This document shows, piece after piece, positions 1-9,122 of a stretch of 64,000 nt of DNA. A program made the translations under genes and the position numbers. The notes below the pieces were generated by a model, which was not told where the DNA came from, ran no database searches, and saw nothing but the letters and a program-made list of their open reading frames with translations. Origin of the DNA: Candidatus Acidiferrales bacterium (lineage in GTDB: Bacteria; Bacteroidota; Ignavibacteria; Kryptoniales; JAKASW01). The DNA lies in assembly GCA_035515795.1 (NCBI GenBank), contig DATJAY010000012.1:24532-88531 (forward strand). The letters run 5' to 3'. Positions within the stretch are counted from its first letter, which is position 1; every line of letters begins with the position of its first letter.

Positions 1-1
1 T

Positions 2-547
2 TTTCCAAGGATAGTCATCGCTCTTTATTTCCTCAAACAGGCGCTCGGCACTCAAACTATGCCTCCTTCGCAGCTTCTGATCGGGCTGGCGATGTTCCTG
101 ACCTTCTTTGTCATGGCACCGACCTGGAGCAAGGTTAACGATTCGGCTTTCCAGCCTTATTTGAAGAATGAAATCTCAATCGACTCGGCTTACAATGCCG
201 GCGTTAAACCTATCCGCGTTTTTATGCTCAGGCAGACCCGCGAGAAAGATCTCGCCATGATGGTACATCTGGCAAACTTGGACCGCCCGCAGACTCCCGA
301 CGATCTACCGACCTATGTGATAATTCCTGCGTTCGCGATCAGTGAAATGCGGATCGGATTTGAAATAGGCTTCCTGATTTTCATCCCTTTCCTGATGATA
401 GACATGATCGTTGCAAGCATTCTCATGTCCATGGGAATGATGATGCTTCCGCCAATGATGATTTCGCTTCCCATGAAAATACTTTTGTTTGTCCTGGTCG
501 ACGGCTGGTATTTGCTGGTCGGCTCGCTTGTGCAGAGTTTCAAATGA
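2..547 (+). CDS. fliP: Flagellar export apparatus protein FliP, 5'-truncated by the window edge
   Basis: The frame is open from nt 2 (FPRIVIALYFLKQALGTQTMPPSQLLIGLAMFLTFFVMAP...). This is the typical FliP core and C-terminus, and fliQ/fliR follow. Confidence 0.9.
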   Translation, partial: FPRIVIALYFLKQALGTQTMPPSQLLIGLAMFLTFFVMAPTWSKVNDSAFQPYLKNEISIDSAYNAGVKPIRVFMLRQTREKDLAMMVHLANLDRPQTPDDLPTYVIIPAFAISEMRIGFEIGFLIFIPFLMIDMIVASILMSMGMMMLPPMMISLPMKILLFVLVDGWYLLVGSLVQSFK

Positions 548-554
548 GGAAGAA

Positions 555-821
555 ATGACAGAAGAATTTGTAATTGGAATAGCACGGGACGCTTTTTATA
601 CGGTTTTCATAGTGGCCGCACCGGCACTTCTGGTTTCCGTCATCGTCGGCTTAATGATCTCGATCTTCCAGGCTGCAACTTCGATCAATGAGATGACGCT
701 GACGTTCGTTCCGAAAATCATAGCGATCGGAATTGTCTGCATCATTCTTCTTCCTTTCATGATGGAGAAGGTTCTTGATTTCGCTAAACACATATTCGAG
801 ATAATTCCGACATTGAAATGA
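555..821 (+). CDS. fliQ: Flagellar export apparatus protein FliQ
   Basis: 89-aa two-TM protein starting at the ATG at 555 (MTEEFVIGIARDAFYTVFIVAAPALL...). It sits between fliP and fliR. The tracked ORF start at 489 overlaps fliP and is unlikely. Confidence 0.9.
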   Translation: MTEEFVIGIARDAFYTVFIVAAPALLVSVIVGLMISIFQAATSINEMTLTFVPKIIAIGIVCIILLPFMMEKVLDFAKHIFEIIPTLK

Positions 822-876
822 AGACAAGAAGTTTACAGGTAGAGTGCCGCGAAAATAGAAAAGCAAAGAAACTAAG

Positions 877-1644
877 ATGAATTTCTACGCAGAAAAATTC
901 GTGATCTTCTTGCTGGTCTTTATCAGAACTGCATCGATGTTTGCCACTGCGCCGTTGTATGGTAACCAGGCAATCCCCGGACAACTCAAGATCTGGGCGG
1001 CGGCATTTTTCGCATTTGCAATTTTCCCGTTGATCGCATCCGCCAATCCGACGATATCGCTTGATCTCGGCTCGCTCATTATCCTGGGAATCCAGGAAGC
1101 CATCGTGGGCTCGGCAATAGGATTTTCCCTTGGAATTATTTTTCACGGCGTCGTTTATGCCGGAGACCTTTTCGGGATTGTCATGGGTTTTTCAATATCA
1201 AGCGTGATCGATCGCCAGAACGGGTTCAACGTTCCGGTCATCGGCCAGTTTGAGTACATCGTCGCGATATTCATCTTCCTCATTTTGGATGGGCACCTTT
1301 TCCTCGTGGAAGCATTGAAGATGAGCTACACTGCTGTACCAGTATCTGGATTGAAGATAAGCGAAGGGGTCGTGAGTACGTTTGTTCATCTGACGGGCAT
1401 GGTTTTCCTGACGGCAATAAAAGTCGGAGCGCCGGTTATCGTTTCCCTGTTCCTCACCGATGTCCTGATGGGAATAATTTCAAGAATGGTTCCGCAGCTT
1501 AATGTGTTTTTTGTCGGAATGCCGCTCAAAGCCGGCATCGGGCTCTTTACGATTATGGCTTCGCTTCCTTTTTTCGTTTTTGTTTTTGGAAAACTGTTGG
1601 GCGCTTTCGAGAGAGATGTAATCGAAATGGTTAGGCTGATGTGA
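877..1644 (+). CDS. fliR: Flagellar export apparatus protein FliR
   Basis: 255-aa polytopic membrane protein in the fliPQR-flhB position. Confidence 0.9.
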   Translation: MNFYAEKFVIFLLVFIRTASMFATAPLYGNQAIPGQLKIWAAAFFAFAIFPLIASANPTISLDLGSLIILGIQEAIVGSAIGFSLGIIFHGVVYAGDLFGIVMGFSISSVIDRQNGFNVPVIGQFEYIVAIFIFLILDGHLFLVEALKMSYTAVPVSGLKISEGVVSTFVHLTGMVFLTAIKVGAPVIVSLFLTDVLMGIISRMVPQLNVFFVGMPLKAGIGLFTIMASLPFFVFVFGKLLGAFERDVIEMVRLM

Positions 1645-1690
1645 GGGTATCCGCAATGCAAATGACTATGCGAAATATGGACAATGACTA

Positions 1691-2791
1691 ATGGCTGAGC
1701 AGAGTTTTCAAGAAAAAACCGAACCGGCAACGCCGAAACGGCGTCGGGAGTTGAAACGTGACGGCAGAGTTGCCAAGAGTATCGAACTCACCACAGCAGC
1801 AGTGCTTTTGATTGGAACGGTGATCATGTATATGCTCGGCAGACAATTTGTTGCACAGATTGCGGACATCATGAGAGATTTCCTCTCTCTTTCTCATGGA
1901 TACGATCTGAACGAAGGTAATCTCGGTGCACTTGCATTTTCTCTTTTGCTGAGGTTTGTCTTGATCGTCGGGCCCATTCTTCTCGTGGTAATGATTGCGG
2001 GCGTCACAACGAACTTATTGCAGTCGGGCTTTCTTTTGACTTTGAAACCTCTCCGGCCCAAAGGAAACACTTTCAATCCGGCAAACGGGATTAAGAAATT
2101 GGGATTTTCTCAGCGGTCCATGATGGAATTGACTAAAAGCATTTTCAAATTAAGCCTCGTCGGATTGTTCGGATATTTTACCGTCAGGAATCTTCTATCA
2201 AGTTCCGTGAAACTCACGGACAGCTCACCTTCTGAAATTTTTGCGTTCATGGGGACAAGCGCATTTTCGGTCGCGATGAAGGTCTCATCGGCTTTCGTGG
2301 CGCTTGCAGGCGTCGACTATTATTTCCAGCGGAGAAAATTTGAGCGTGAGATAAGAATGACCAAGCAGGAAGTAAAGGAAGAGCACAAGCAGGAAGAAGG
2401 CGATCCGGCAGTCAAGGGAAGAATCCGCCGCGAGATGATTAAACGGCATCGGATGAGAATGATGCAGGCTGTGCCGAAGGCAGACGTTGTTGTGACGAAC
2501 CCTACGCACTATGCAGTCGCTATCAAATACGACGCAAAGGAAATGCCGGCTCCAAAAGTCGTTGCAAAAGGCAAAGATTTTATTGCGCAGAAGATCAAAG
2601 AGATTGCGATCGAAAACAATGTTCCTATCGTGGAAGATAAACCGCTCGCCCAAGTTCTGTACAAGACGGTCGAGATCGACGGACAGATTCCGCCGGATCT
2701 GTTCAGGGCAGTGGCACAGATACTTGCTTATATATATCAAATGAAATCGCGTTCACCCGGAAATAGAAAACCAAGATTGAGAAGAAATTAG
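1691..2791 (+). CDS. flhB: Flagellar export switch protein FlhB
   Basis: N-terminal EKTEPATPKRR, four TM segments, and the NPTH autocleavage motif (VVVTNPTHYAVAI). Confidence 0.95.
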   Translation: MAEQSFQEKTEPATPKRRRELKRDGRVAKSIELTTAAVLLIGTVIMYMLGRQFVAQIADIMRDFLSLSHGYDLNEGNLGALAFSLLLRFVLIVGPILLVVMIAGVTTNLLQSGFLLTLKPLRPKGNTFNPANGIKKLGFSQRSMMELTKSIFKLSLVGLFGYFTVRNLLSSSVKLTDSSPSEIFAFMGTSAFSVAMKVSSAFVALAGVDYYFQRRKFEREIRMTKQEVKEEHKQEEGDPAVKGRIRREMIKRHRMRMMQAVPKADVVVTNPTHYAVAIKYDAKEMPAPKVVAKGKDFIAQKIKEIAIENNVPIVEDKPLAQVLYKTVEIDGQIPPDLFRAVAQILAYIYQMKSRSPGNRKPRLRRN

Positions 2792-2792
2792 C

Positions 2793-4871
2793 ATGTCGGC
2801 AGCAGTAGAAAGAATTTCGAACAGTAGAGCGTTTAAGTTTGTCGGAAGCAACACGGACCTTGTCCTTGCGGGTCTGGTGATTCTCATACTTTCCCTTATG
2901 ATCGTCCCATTGCCACCGTTCATGCTCGATGTCCTGATCTCTGCTAACATAACATTTGCGATCGTCCTTCTTATGGTTGCGATGTACGTTACAAGCCCGC
3001 TTGAGCTTTCCGCCTTTCCGGGGCTGCTCCTCATTCTCACTCTTTACCGTTTGTCGTTGAACGTCGCTTCGGCCCGATCGATTCTCAGCCGGGGATATGC
3101 CGGTGAAGTCATCCACGCATTCGGATCTTTCGTGGTACAAGGAAATTATGTGGTCGGCGTGATCATATTCATTATTCTCGCGACCATACAGTTTGTGGTT
3201 ATCATAAAAGGTTCGGGCAGAATAGCTGAGGTGGCGGCAAGATTTACTTTAGATGCGATGCCCGGAAAACAGATGAGCATCGATGCGGATCTGAACTCCG
3301 GTCTTATAAATGAACAGGAGGCGAGGCAGCGCCGTTCAAGATTGCAGAGGGAGGCCGACTTCTTTGGAGCGATGGACGGCGCGAGTAAGTTTGTGCGCGG
3401 CGATGCGATTGCAGGAGTAGTGATCATTCTCGTGAATATCATAGGTGGATTCATTATCGGAATGGTCCAGATGGATCTGACTTTCCAGGAATCGCTTGCA
3501 AGATATACGCTGTTGACGATCGGTGACGGTCTGGTGACACAAATTCCTGCGCTTGTCATTTCCACGGCGGCTGGCATGGTTGTCACAAGAAGTGGATCGG
3601 GAAATCAACTCGATGTGGAATTAAAGGCCCAGCTCTTTTCGCGGCCGAAGGCGCTGTACATCGCGGGCGGCACGCTAGGATTTTTCGCGATAATTCCGGG
3701 CCTGCCGACCGTACCATTTCTTGCGCTTGCTTCACTCATTACCGCCGCCGGATACATGCGTTCGCAGATTATGGCGAAGGAACCTCCGAAGGCTGCAGTT
3801 GAAGCGCAAGCCGCTCCCAAGAAGGAAGAAAAAATTGAATCTTATCTGCAGGTGGATCCTATCGAGGTGGAAATCGGTTACGGCCTGGTCTCCATGGTGG
3901 ACGAAGAAGCCGGCGGCGATCTCTTCCAGCGGATCACAAATCTCAGAAAGCAAATTGCGCTCGAACTCGGTCTGATGGTTCCGCCGATTCGAGTCCGCGA
4001 CAATCTTCAATTGCAGGCGAGCCAGTACGTGATCAAAATACGGGGAGTGCAGGTTGCTGAAGGCCAATTATACACCGACCACTATCTTGCAATGAGCCCG
4101 AATATGAAAGAAGATGATCTGCCGGGGATTTTCACTACCGATCCGACGTTTGGGTTGCCCTCAATATGGATTGAGAAATCACAGCGCGACAGTGCTGAAG
4201 TTCTCGGATTTACAGTCGTGGAAGCTCCGGCAGTCCTTACTACTCATCTGTGCGAAACGCTGAAGAGGAACGCGGACAGAATCCTAAGTCGCCAGGAGAT
4301 CAAGATGCTCCTTGATAACCTCAAGAAAGAGTACCAGGCGCTCGTCGATGAGATCAATCCGGAGCAGCTGCCATTCGGCACGATCCAAAAAGTTTTGCAG
4401 AATCTTTTGAAAGAGCGAATACCGATTCGCGACCTCGTAACTATCATCGAATCGCTGCTGGATTATTCTAAAGTCACGAAGAACACAGAAGTCCTCACCG
4501 AGTATGTGAGACACGCACTTTCTGAAACCATCGCAGCGCTCTACGCAGATCATGCCGGAGTAATTCACGCTATCGCGCTCGACCCGAGCGTTGAACAAAT
4601 TTTATCAAACTCGCTTCAAACACAGAAGGAAGTAACAACTACTCTTGGACTTTCGCCGGAAGTTACCAAAGTCATCAATGCCAGCGTGGCAAGTAATGCG
4701 GAGCGTGCGCAAACGCTGGGATATGACCCCATAGTCATCTGCTCCGCAACTGTCCGCTTGTATTTCTACCGGCTCGTCCACGTAAACTTACCGCAGGTTT
4801 CCGTAACGTCGTACACGGAACTTCCGGCCCGCACCGAGATTGACATCATCGGAAGGATAGTGGCACAATGA
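2793..4871 (+). CDS. flhA: Flagellar export gate protein FlhA
   Basis: 692 aa. It has the conserved FHIPEP region (GAMDGASKFVRGDAIAG, TIGDGLVTQIPALVISTAAG) and a cytoplasmic C-domain. Confidence 0.95.
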   Translation: MSAAVERISNSRAFKFVGSNTDLVLAGLVILILSLMIVPLPPFMLDVLISANITFAIVLLMVAMYVTSPLELSAFPGLLLILTLYRLSLNVASARSILSRGYAGEVIHAFGSFVVQGNYVVGVIIFIILATIQFVVIIKGSGRIAEVAARFTLDAMPGKQMSIDADLNSGLINEQEARQRRSRLQREADFFGAMDGASKFVRGDAIAGVVIILVNIIGGFIIGMVQMDLTFQESLARYTLLTIGDGLVTQIPALVISTAAGMVVTRSGSGNQLDVELKAQLFSRPKALYIAGGTLGFFAIIPGLPTVPFLALASLITAAGYMRSQIMAKEPPKAAVEAQAAPKKEEKIESYLQVDPIEVEIGYGLVSMVDEEAGGDLFQRITNLRKQIALELGLMVPPIRVRDNLQLQASQYVIKIRGVQVAEGQLYTDHYLAMSPNMKEDDLPGIFTTDPTFGLPSIWIEKSQRDSAEVLGFTVVEAPAVLTTHLCETLKRNADRILSRQEIKMLLDNLKKEYQALVDEINPEQLPFGTIQKVLQNLLKERIPIRDLVTIIESLLDYSKVTKNTEVLTEYVRHALSETIAALYADHAGVIHAIALDPSVEQILSNSLQTQKEVTTTLGLSPEVTKVINASVASNAERAQTLGYDPIVICSATVRLYFYRLVHVNLPQVSVTSYTELPARTEIDIIGRIVAQ

Positions 4872-6139
4872 GAATAAAGAAATTTTTTGGAATAACGGCA
4901 AAGGAAGCGGCCGACAAGATGCGCGCCGAATTTGGAGAAGAGGCAATTATTTTGAACACGCGGAGACTCGCCAAAGGTGGGTTACTCGGTGTCGGCGGCG
5001 GCGAATATTTCGAGGTGACTGCCGCATTTGACGAAGGACTGACGCCGGAGTCTCCCGTAAAATCGAAGCCTGTTCCTGCTGATGCTCGCGAAGAGGTGTT
5101 GAACGGGCTGCGCCAGCTTACATCGCAATTCGAAGGGAAAAGGAAAAGTGATATCAATACCCCGAGAGGACAGGAGAAGCGCGCTGTTCGGGAAAGCGGC
5201 AGGACAATGGCAGGCGTCGGCGGTGAGATGCTTAAGCAAGAGCTCAACGATGTTAAGAGCGCGCTCGGTGAATTGGCACAGCATATCAAACACTCGAAGA
5301 TGCCGATACTTCCGGAGACCTTGAAAAATGTTTATACAACGCTTGTCGAAAGCGAAGTCGAGGAAGATATCGCGCTCGAAGTTGTCCAAATCTGTAACCA
5401 CAAGCTCAACGGGAACGAGCTGGACAATCAGTCCACGGTGGATACTTTTATCTATAATTCAATAACGCAGCGCATCATGGAGTCTCCGGTCCGGAGGCTC
5501 GACAGGAAGGGATATATCGTGGCACTGGTCGGACCGACAGGAGTCGGCAAAACCACGACCGTCGCGAAACTCGCTTCGATCAATAAATTAGTCAAAGGCG
5601 AAAAAGTAGCTTTGATAACTGCAGACACGTACAGGATCGGCGCGATCGACCAACTGAAGGCATTCGCAGACATCGCTTCGATTCCAATGTCGGTTGTTTA
5701 TACGCCTGATGAAATGATCCTGGCTATAAGAAAATTTTCAGGATTCGACACCATTTATATAGACACGGTTGGGAGAAGCCAGCGAAGTGCAGACAAGATC
5801 CTCGAGCTGGGCCGCTTCATGGATGCCGCGGATCCAAATGAAGTACACCTTGTGATGAGTGCAAACTTTTCGTTGTCGGTTACACGGGATGTCTACAAAA
5901 AATTCAAGGGCTTGAAGCCGAACAGGCTGCTGATCACAAAAATCGACGAAGCGGTCTCATTTGGAACGATTCTCAGCCTGGCACGAGATTCAAGACTTCC
6001 GTTCTCATTCATGACTAACGGTCAAAACGTCCCCGACGATATCGAGCCTGTGTCGGCGAAGAAACTTGCAGGGATGATTTATCGTACCGGTGTCTCCGGC
6101 GTGTCAGCATTGGCACTCTTGGGAGAGACGCATGCTTGA
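4868..6139 (+). CDS. flhF: Flagellar SRP-type GTPase FlhF
   Basis: GTPase motifs GPTGVGKTTT, DTVGRS and TKIDE. The start overlaps the flhA stop. Confidence 0.9.
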   Translation: MRIKKFFGITAKEAADKMRAEFGEEAIILNTRRLAKGGLLGVGGGEYFEVTAAFDEGLTPESPVKSKPVPADAREEVLNGLRQLTSQFEGKRKSDINTPRGQEKRAVRESGRTMAGVGGEMLKQELNDVKSALGELAQHIKHSKMPILPETLKNVYTTLVESEVEEDIALEVVQICNHKLNGNELDNQSTVDTFIYNSITQRIMESPVRRLDRKGYIVALVGPTGVGKTTTVAKLASINKLVKGEKVALITADTYRIGAIDQLKAFADIASIPMSVVYTPDEMILAIRKFSGFDTIYIDTVGRSQRSADKILELGRFMDAADPNEVHLVMSANFSLSVTRDVYKKFKGLKPNRLLITKIDEAVSFGTILSLARDSRLPFSFMTNGQNVPDDIEPVSAKKLAGMIYRTGVSGVSALALLGETHA

Positions 6140-6965
6140 CCAGGCTGTAAAACTAAGGGAAGTTGTAAGCGCGCAGACGAAAGTCTTGCCTATCGGCAAA
6201 TTGCCGTACAAGGTTGCGGTCGTCAGCGGAAAGGGGGGGGTTGGAAAAAGCAACATCGTTCTCAATCTCGGAATGGCGTTAGCCCGCGGCGGGGCGCGGG
6301 TCCTGTTAGTCGATGGCAACGTGAACTTGTCGAACCTGGACATTCTTTGCGCCGCCTCTCCCAAATATCGTCTCCTTGATGTCGTTGACGGCACAGCGCA
6401 GCTCAAAGATGCTGTTGCAGAAATATCACCTAACGTGTTTCTCCTTGCGGGATCCTCCGATGGGAGATTGAAAAAATTGAGCTCGGGTGATGCTGCTGTT
6501 CTTTTCAGGGAAGTTGGACTAATGGAGCCGGTGTTCCAGTATGCCTTGATCGATACGGCGGGTGGAATTGTGCAGGAATCCATTTCGCTTGCCCTGTTGT
6601 CCGATGAAGTGTTTGTGGTTGCGACGCCTGAACCGACGGCTGTAATGGATGCTTATGTCCTCGTGAAAGTGCTGAAGCGGATCAATTCCAACGCAGACTT
6701 GAAGCTACTCATCAATATGGCGAAAAGCGCCGAGGAAGCCGAAGAAGTGAAAGCGAAATTCGACCTCGTGAGCGAACATTTCCTCAATCTTAAGGTCGAT
6801 TACGCAGGCTTCATTCCTTCAGATCAGGCCATTGAGCAAGCCGTGAGCGTTCAATCGCCACTGTTGCAGGAATTTCCTGATTCCCTGTCATCCAGCGCAA
6901 TCAAATTGATCGCAGACGGAATCCTGGCAAGGCGAGAATCTGAATCCAGCGGAAGGAAAGAGTGA
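6132..6965 (+). CDS. flhG: MinD/ParA-type ATPase FlhG (flagellar number regulator)
   Basis: Deviant Walker A SGKGGVGKS. The ATG at 6132 overlaps the flhF stop (ATGCTTGA). The tracked start at 6090 is less likely. Confidence 0.85.
   Translation: MLDQAVKLREVVSAQTKVLPIGKLPYKVAVVSGKGGVGKSNIVLNLGMALARGGARVLLVDGNVNLSNLDILCAASPKYRLLDVVDGTAQLKDAVAEISPNVFLLAGSSDGRLKKLSSGDAAVLFREVGLMEPVFQYALIDTAGGIVQESISLALLSDEVFVVATPEPTAVMDAYVLVKVLKRINSNADLKLLINMAKSAEEAEEVKAKFDLVSEHFLNLKVDYAGFIPSDQAIEQAVSVQSPLLQEFPDSLSSSAIKLIADGILARRESESSGRKE
6233..6240 (+). repeat. G8 homopolymer inside the flhG P-loop codons
   Basis: The sequence reads gga aaG GGG GGG Gtt (K-G-G-V of SGKGGVGKS). It is the longest G/C run I found in the window. 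Confidence 0.9.
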
Positions 6966-7213
6966 TGGAAAAGTTAGCTATAAAAATACCAACGCTGATA
7001 TTCTTTTTGGCGGTTATCTATTTCGTATCAAACGGATCCGACGCAATCGATTCAATAGTCAGATCCTTCTTGATTGCCTTCGGTACCGCACTGATCATTT
7101 TAATATTGACCATGATGCTGGTTTTCTTTTTGACTATTCGCGAAGGCAGACACGAAAACATAAAAACTCTCGGCGTCAAAGATACCGGGAAGAAAGTTGA
7201 GATGCAGGCATGA
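6962..7213 (+). CDS. Small two-TM membrane protein of unknown function
   Basis: 83 aa with two hydrophobic helices. It has ATGA/GTGA-type overlaps with the flhG stop and the fliA start, which argues for translation. Confidence 0.5.
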   Translation: MMEKLAIKIPTLIFFLAVIYFVSNGSDAIDSIVRSFLIAFGTALIILILTMMLVFFLTIREGRHENIKTLGVKDTGKKVEMQA

Positions 7214-7959
7214 CTACGCAGGCAAAGACGCAGGATGTTGAGTCTCTTTGGCAGAGATATTCAAAGCGCAAGACCGCCTCGATAAAAAAAGAGCTTGTGC
7301 TCTTTTATATGTATCTCGTAAAATTCGCCGCAAGGGGAATAAGCCTTCCTCCGCGATGCGTATTCAATAATGACGATCTTATGAGCATTGGGATCATCGG
7401 ACTCAGCGAAGCGATCGAGAGATTCGACCCCTACCGTGGAGTGAAGTTTGAAACGTACGCCTCACAGCGAATCCGTGGGATCATGCTGGATGAGATAAGG
7501 AAAGTCGACTGGCTCCCGCGGTCGATCCGTGACAAATATAAGAAGGCCTGGAAATCGCTGAGCGAGCTTGACATGGATAGAATCGACGGCGAGCAGTATG
7601 CCCAGGCCATTAACATGACGGTCAGAGAGTTTGATCGGATAAAAGGTTACCTTGCGAATTCGGAAGCGGTATCACTCACGAAGAGCATCGGAGACGACAT
7701 GACTCTTGAAGATGTGGTAAGCGGTGACAGCGAAGTCGTCGAACAATATGAAGACGACGAAACGAAAGAGCAGCTTGTCGAGATATTGAAGCAGCTTCCT
7801 GAGAGAGAGCGTATGGTGATGACTCTTTACTATTACGAAGAAATCACTTTCAAAGAAATCGGAAAAATCCTAGGCATAAGCGAATCGAGAGTCTCTCAAA
7901 TCCATTCCGAAGTTCTCGATAAAGTCAAGGATCTCTTCAGAAAGGCAGTCGAACTATGA
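7210..7959 (+). CDS. fliA: Flagellar sigma factor sigma-28 (FliA)
   Basis: 249 aa. Region 2 reads IGLSEAIERFDP..GVKFETYASQRIRGIMLDEIRK. Region 4 reads LPERERMVMTLYYYEEITFKEIGKILGISESRVSQIHS. Confidence 0.9.
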   Translation: MTTQAKTQDVESLWQRYSKRKTASIKKELVLFYMYLVKFAARGISLPPRCVFNNDDLMSIGIIGLSEAIERFDPYRGVKFETYASQRIRGIMLDEIRKVDWLPRSIRDKYKKAWKSLSELDMDRIDGEQYAQAINMTVREFDRIKGYLANSEAVSLTKSIGDDMTLEDVVSGDSEVVEQYEDDETKEQLVEILKQLPERERMVMTLYYYEEITFKEIGKILGISESRVSQIHSEVLDKVKDLFRKAVEL

Positions 7960-9122
7960 TAGAGGTTGGACAATTGACTGACAAATTATCATCGATAAGA
8001 GAGCTCCCCACCTTTCCGACTACGGCGTTGGAAGTGATGAGGCTCGCAAGCGACGCGGAAACGAGCGCAGCAGAACTTTCTCGAATAGTTTCAAGAGATC
8101 CTGCGCTTTCGGCGAGAATACTTCGAGTTGCAAACTCGCCGTATTACGGCTTTGCTAAGAAGATTTCGACGATCGAATGGGCAATAGTAGCCCTTGGTTT
8201 CGAGACGCTTCGCGAGACCGTGCTGTCCCTGACCTTGATCGATCTCTTCAGAGGCGCGGCAATGAAAAACTTCGATCCGCGAAAATTCTGGAAACATGCA
8301 GTCGATACCGCATGCGCAGCGAGGTCGCTCGCGAAGGAAATGAAGAATAGAGTTCCCGGCGAGGCTTATGCTGCCGGTTTGCTCCATGATATCGGAGTCC
8401 TTGTCCTGTATAGGTTTTTCCCGGACGATTTCGCCGAAATTCAAAAATTGGTCGGTCGTGACGCCATGACACTTTCTCAGGCAGAGCTCGTGGTGGTCGG
8501 AACATCTCATGCCGACATCGGAGCATGGCTTGCAGAAAAATGGAATTTTCCTCTGAATTTTGTTGAGGCGATACGATATCATCATGCGCCGGGCTCTGCC
8601 CAAATCAATCCCGAGTTGACCGCGATAGTCCATGTGGCAAATCAGATTGCTTGCTCAGATGGTTATTCATGCTCTGATGATCCGTCAAAATTTGATCCTG
8701 CCGCGGTCCAAATAGTGGGCATCGACAAGCTTGGAGTCTCGGTCGCCTCGCTCGCCGATAAGTATATAAATGATGACTCTTCTTTGGCTGTGAGTATCAA
8801 AGTTCCAATCATGGACTATGCTCTTGGAGATGACGGCCATGACGGGAAAAGAAAGCATAAGAGATCTCTAACGGAAGACACGACCGAAGAGACACTCCGG
8901 AATTTTTTCAAGGCGGCGATTAAGCTCCTCCCGACGACCGAGAGACTCGTGCTGACTTTGAAGCTCTTTGAAGGCTTGGATATGAAGCAGGTTGCAATAG
9001 TGCTGGGGTATGATGAGGCAAGAGTTGCGGAGTATTACAAGAACGCCGTTTCGGTTCTTCAACAAATGGCAGAACGTGCGATACTTACAAACAGGTTGGA
9101 CCAATGGAAAACGAGATACTAA
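7956..9122 (+). CDS. HDOD domain protein with a C-terminal sigma-70 region-4-like HTH
   Basis: The N-terminus shows HDOD hallmarks (LPTFPTTALEVMRL, ANSPYYGF, GLLHDIGVLVL, IRYHHAPG). The C-terminus (nt ~8925-9080) reads LLPTTERLVLTLKLFEGLDMKQVAIVLGYDEARVAEYYKNAVSVLQQ. The start overlaps the fliA stop. Confidence 0.8.
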   Translation: MIEVGQLTDKLSSIRELPTFPTTALEVMRLASDAETSAAELSRIVSRDPALSARILRVANSPYYGFAKKISTIEWAIVALGFETLRETVLSLTLIDLFRGAAMKNFDPRKFWKHAVDTACAARSLAKEMKNRVPGEAYAAGLLHDIGVLVLYRFFPDDFAEIQKLVGRDAMTLSQAELVVVGTSHADIGAWLAEKWNFPLNFVEAIRYHHAPGSAQINPELTAIVHVANQIACSDGYSCSDDPSKFDPAAVQIVGIDKLGVSVASLADKYINDDSSLAVSIKVPIMDYALGDDGHDGKRKHKRSLTEDTTEETLRNFFKAAIKLLPTTERLVLTLKLFEGLDMKQVAIVLGYDEARVAEYYKNAVSVLQQMAERAILTNRLDQWKTRY

